Shown here: positions 61,217 to 64,000 of the stretch, piece after piece
Layout: each line of letters begins with the position of its first letter
How positions within the stretch are numbered: position 1 is the stretch's first letter
Assembly: GCA_041395265.1 (NCBI GenBank)
Contig: JAWLAW010000010.1
Coordinates: 36,387 to 100,386 of the forward strand
DNA: 64,000 bases
From: Lysobacteraceae bacterium
GTDB lineage: Bacteria; Pseudomonadota; Gammaproteobacteria; Xanthomonadales; Xanthomonadaceae
Direction of reading: 5' to 3'
Made by a program: the position numbers and the translations under genes
Notes under the pieces: generated by a model
The model's input: only the letters and a program-made list of their open reading frames with translations
Databases searched by the model: none
Told to the model about the DNA's origin: nothing

Positions 61217-62293
61217 CTAGTGGCTGCGTTCCGCAAGCCAGCCGTGTATCGCTGGCGGCACCTCGCGCTGCGCACGACCGGACACATAGATACCGATGTG
61301 ACCACCCTTGAAGCTGATTTCGGTGTAGTCGTCACTGCCAATCAGGCCGCCCAGCGGCCGCGACGCGTCCGGCGGCACCAGGTGATCCTGCTCGGCGAAG
61401 ATGTTCAGCACCGGCATGTCGACATTGCCCAAATCGACCTCGCGTCCGCCGATGTTGATGCCGCCGTTGAGGAAGCCGTTGCCCTGGTAGAAGTCCCGGA
61501 TGAACTGCCGGAACAGTTCGCCCGGCTGGTCGGGCGAATCGAAGATCCAGCGCTCCATTCGCAGGAAGTCTTCCAGCGCCTTCGGGTTGTCGAAGACGTC
61601 CACCAGGCCGACATATTTCTGCAGGAATAGGCGGTACGGCTTCAGCGTCAGGTAACACCAGTTCATCAGGTCGCCAGGCACATTGCCCAGCGTGTCCACG
61701 AACTGATCCACATCCAGGTCGCGCGTCCAGTTCGACAGCATGTTGTCGTCGGTCTGGAAATCGACCGGCGTCACCATGGTCACCAGGTTGCGCACCTTGT
61801 CCGGATGCAGCGAGGCATAGCACAGCGAGAAGGCACCGCCCTGGCAGATGCCCAGCAGGTTGATCGCATCCATGCCGTGCGTGCGACGCAGGTAGTTGAC
61901 GGCGCCATCGAGGAAGCCCTCGATGTAGTCCTCCAGCGTCAGGAAACGATCGGAACCATCCGGATAACCCCAGTCGATGATGTAAACGTCCTGTCCGGCC
62001 TCCAGCAATGACTTCACGATGCTGCGGTCGTCCTGCAGATCGACCATGTACGGCCGGTTGACCAGCGCGTAGCAGATCAGCAGCGGCACGCTGTCGGTGC
62101 CGCGTTTGGCCGCTGCGCCCTGATAGCGATACAGCGCGACCTTGCCATCGCGCCAGACTTCCTGCTTTGGCGTGCAGCCGACCGTGGCCGGCCCGACGTC
62201 CTGCAGGTTCTCGACGCCGGCCTTGAACTTGCGCGTCAGCTTGTCCGCTTCCTGCTGCAGTGACTCGGCGGTGAAATTCAGCGGTCCGAACAT
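61217..62293 (-). CDS. phaC: Class III poly(R)-hydroxyalkanoate synthase, PhaC subunit
   Basis: It is 358 aa long and has the lipase-like box GICQGG with catalytic Cys. It lies 4 nt downstream of phaE. Confidence 0.85.
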   Translation of the reverse strand: MFGPLNFTAESLQQEADKLTRKFKAGVENLQDVGPATVGCTPKQEVWRDGKVALYRYQGAAAKRGTDSVPLLICYALVNRPYMVDLQDDRSIVKSLLEAGQDVYIIDWGYPDGSDRFLTLEDYIEGFLDGAVNYLRRTHGMDAINLLGICQGGAFSLCYASLHPDKVRNLVTMVTPVDFQTDDNMLSNWTRDLDVDQFVDTLGNVPGDLMNWCYLTLKPYRLFLQKYVGLVDVFDNPKALEDFLRMERWIFDSPDQPGELFRQFIRDFYQGNGFLNGGINIGGREVDLGNVDMPVLNIFAEQDHLVPPDASRPLGGLIGSDDYTEISFKGGHIGIYVSGRAQREVPPAIHGWLAERSH

Positions 62294-62296
62294 GGC

Positions 62297-63475
62297 TTAC
62301 TTCCTCGCGCGCGCGGCTGTGGTCCTGCGCGCCGATTTTCTGGCGGGCTGCTTGGCAGGCGACCTGGCGGGTGCCTTCGGTGTGGCCATGACAGCGGCCT
62401 CATGTTTGCCGGCGGCCTTCGTCACCTTCTTCTTCGCAGGACCACGCGCAGTCGTCTTCTTGGCCGCCTTGCCGGACGCGGCCTTCGTCGACACCTTTGC
62501 TGCCATCTTCTTTCGGGCCGACTTCTTCGCGACGGGCTTCTTCGCCGCTGCGGTCGACGTCGATGCTTTCTTCGGAGCCGGCTTATGGTCGTTCGTACCG
62601 CCCTCCAACGTCTCCAGACGCCGCGACAGTCGACGCACTTCGCGCTGCAGCTCGGTGACCTTGCGGTGCGATCCATCCAGCTCGCTACGGGTCGGCATGC
62701 CCAGCTCGCGGCACTGCTGTTCGACCGCCTTCTGGATGCCTGCGCGCTGACGCATCTGCGCGTTCACCAGCTCGCCGTAGACCTCTCTGAACTCGTCAGA
62801 CAACGCGACCTCAGCATAACCCTGTTCTGCCGCATCGATCCACAGGTCGAACAGCACACGCGCGGTATCGATCTGGCGGCCTGGCTCGCTGCGCTCGGCC
62901 AGCAGATCCTCGAAGATCGAGAACGCGCGCTCGCCGCCGTTCGACAGCAGCGCGAAATAGCGCTGCTTGGCCTGCTCGACGTCCAGCGACGCCTGCGCCA
63001 ACGCCTGCCAGCGCTCCTGCTGCTCACGCGCGTAGCCAAAGGCCGGCATGGAGAGCAGCGGCTGCATCAGACTGGCGGCTGACGGCATCTGCCCCAGGCC
63101 ATGCAGACCCTGCGCACCGGCGCCGCTGGCCATCCGGAACAGCTGCGAGAACGGGTCGGCGTTCGCGCTCTTGAGCATGCGCTTCCACACTTCCACAACG
63201 GTGGACGGCGATGCCTGTTCGCCGGCGAAACGCTCCGCCAATTGCTGCATCATTGTCAGCCAGCCGCCGGCCTGCTCGCTCAGGCGCTCGGACGCGGATT
63301 CCACCGCGTCATTCCCACCGCCGGCCAACGACGACCACCAGCCCGCAAGGCGCTGGAAACCCGGCACTTGCTCGGCCGCCGCGCTGGCGCCGCTTCGCGC
63401 CTGTCCCAACCCATCCCAGAAGCGCTGCATCAGCGCCGAGAAATCGCCAAACGGCGACTTGTCCGAAGCGTTCAT
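62297..63475 (-). CDS. phaE: Class III PHA synthase PhaE subunit with a histone-H1-like C-terminal tail
   Basis: It sits immediately upstream of class III phaC. It has Trp/Phe-rich N-terminal helices and the coiled coil ELDGSHRKVTELQREVRRLSRRLETLE. The last ~95 aa are Lys/Ala/Pro-rich. Confidence 0.7.
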   Translation of the reverse strand: MNASDKSPFGDFSALMQRFWDGLGQARSGASAAAEQVPGFQRLAGWWSSLAGGGNDAVESASERLSEQAGGWLTMMQQLAERFAGEQASPSTVVEVWKRMLKSANADPFSQLFRMASGAGAQGLHGLGQMPSAASLMQPLLSMPAFGYAREQQERWQALAQASLDVEQAKQRYFALLSNGGERAFSIFEDLLAERSEPGRQIDTARVLFDLWIDAAEQGYAEVALSDEFREVYGELVNAQMRQRAGIQKAVEQQCRELGMPTRSELDGSHRKVTELQREVRRLSRRLETLEGGTNDHKPAPKKASTSTAAAKKPVAKKSARKKMAAKVSTKAASGKAAKKTTARGPAKKKVTKAAGKHEAAVMATPKAPARSPAKQPARKSARRTTAARARK

Positions 63476-63623
63476 GAAACCTCCAATTTCCGGCGCGAAT
63501 GCTAACAGCTATGCAGTTACCGAGCGATGTCGCACACGCCATTTTCGTCAGCCCCTTGCGCTATCCGGTGTCGATGCGGGCTGCTACGCTGCAGCGACCC
63601 ACGACGAGCGCAGCCATTTCAAA

Positions 63624-64000
63624 ATGCCCCAGGATCGTATCGAGGACGGGCCTGCAGCCACAGAGCCGCAGAACGACGTCGCTTCCAGCAGCCTCCCGCT
63701 ACCGCGCCACACGACGCCTACGTGGGAAGTCGAATTGCTGATTTCCGGTGTCGCCGTGTTCGCCATGCTGCAGTTGCCTGGCTGGCTGAACGAGCACGAA
63801 CTCAATCTGCGCCCTCGCTTCGACCCGTACTGGCGAGTGATCGTTGTACTCGCATTGACCTACGCCAAGAGCGTGGCCGTCGTGCTGGCGTCCACGTTCG
63901 TGCTGCACCTGCTGCTCCGCGCGCAGTGGATCGCGCTGGTCGGGATGAACTCCGTATACCCGGATGGCGTCAACTGGGATGAGTTGAAGATGGGGCCGAT
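63624..64000 (+). CDS. Hypothetical membrane protein, 3'-truncated by the window edge
   Basis: The frame is open from ATG 63624 to the window end, so it is absent from the ORF track. It encodes MPQDRIEDG...TWEVELLISGVAVFAMLQLPGWL...VIVVLALTYAKSVAVVLASTFVLHLL, with TM-like segments and normal codon bias. Confidence 0.45.
   Translation, partial: MPQDRIEDGPAATEPQNDVASSSLPLPRHTTPTWEVELLISGVAVFAMLQLPGWLNEHELNLRPRFDPYWRVIVVLALTYAKSVAVVLASTFVLHLLLRAQWIALVGMNSVYPDGVNWDELKMGP

Noticed and set aside
63527-63982. 151-aa (+) ORF near the window end.
   Set aside because: Its translation is Arg/Ala-rich and shadow-like. The overlapping frame starting at ATG 63624 encodes hydrophobic TM-like segments and stays open to the window edge, so that frame is preferred.

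Overview
High-GC proteobacterial chromosome segment (roughly two-thirds G+C by eye, not computed). Gene content and order look like core genome of a Xanthomonadales/Lysobacterales-type gammaproteobacterium; the taxon is inference. Conserved blocks are yciO-scpA-scpB-rluB, a complete System I ccmABCDEFGHI, murJ-ribF-ileS-lspA-ispH, rplU-rpmA-obg, uvrA, a TRZ/ATZ hydrolase-ubiG-gph block, efp/epmB, and a class III phaE-phaC locus with phaR and two phaB. I call 64 protein genes, 2 tRNAs, several intrinsic terminators, 2 candidate promoters and a few small palindromic elements. All calls rest on motif recognition in the supplied ORF translations and on reading the DNA; no search was run. Start codons are best guesses, and hairpin coordinates may be off by 1-2 nt. 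I see no CRISPR array, transposase, integrase, prophage or recognisable defence genes, and I do not find a convincing multi-gene novel system. This is mostly ordinary housekeeping DNA. The items worth a second look are local: (1) a perfect 38-bp inverted repeat that re-uses the 3' end of tRNA-Ser, followed by five back-to-back hairpins; (2) histone-H1-like Lys/Ala/Pro-rich tails on PhaE, DksA, UvrA and L21; (3) a UhpB-like MASE1 histidine kinase inside the pha locus with its phospho-His and ATP-binding boxes degenerate; (4) a 1384-aa secreted S8 peptidase with a duplicated C-terminal module and atypical codon usage in its central part; (5) a single atypical-composition SGNH lipoprotein gene; (6) a MetX-family acyltransferase paired with an Arg-type cysteine dioxygenase.
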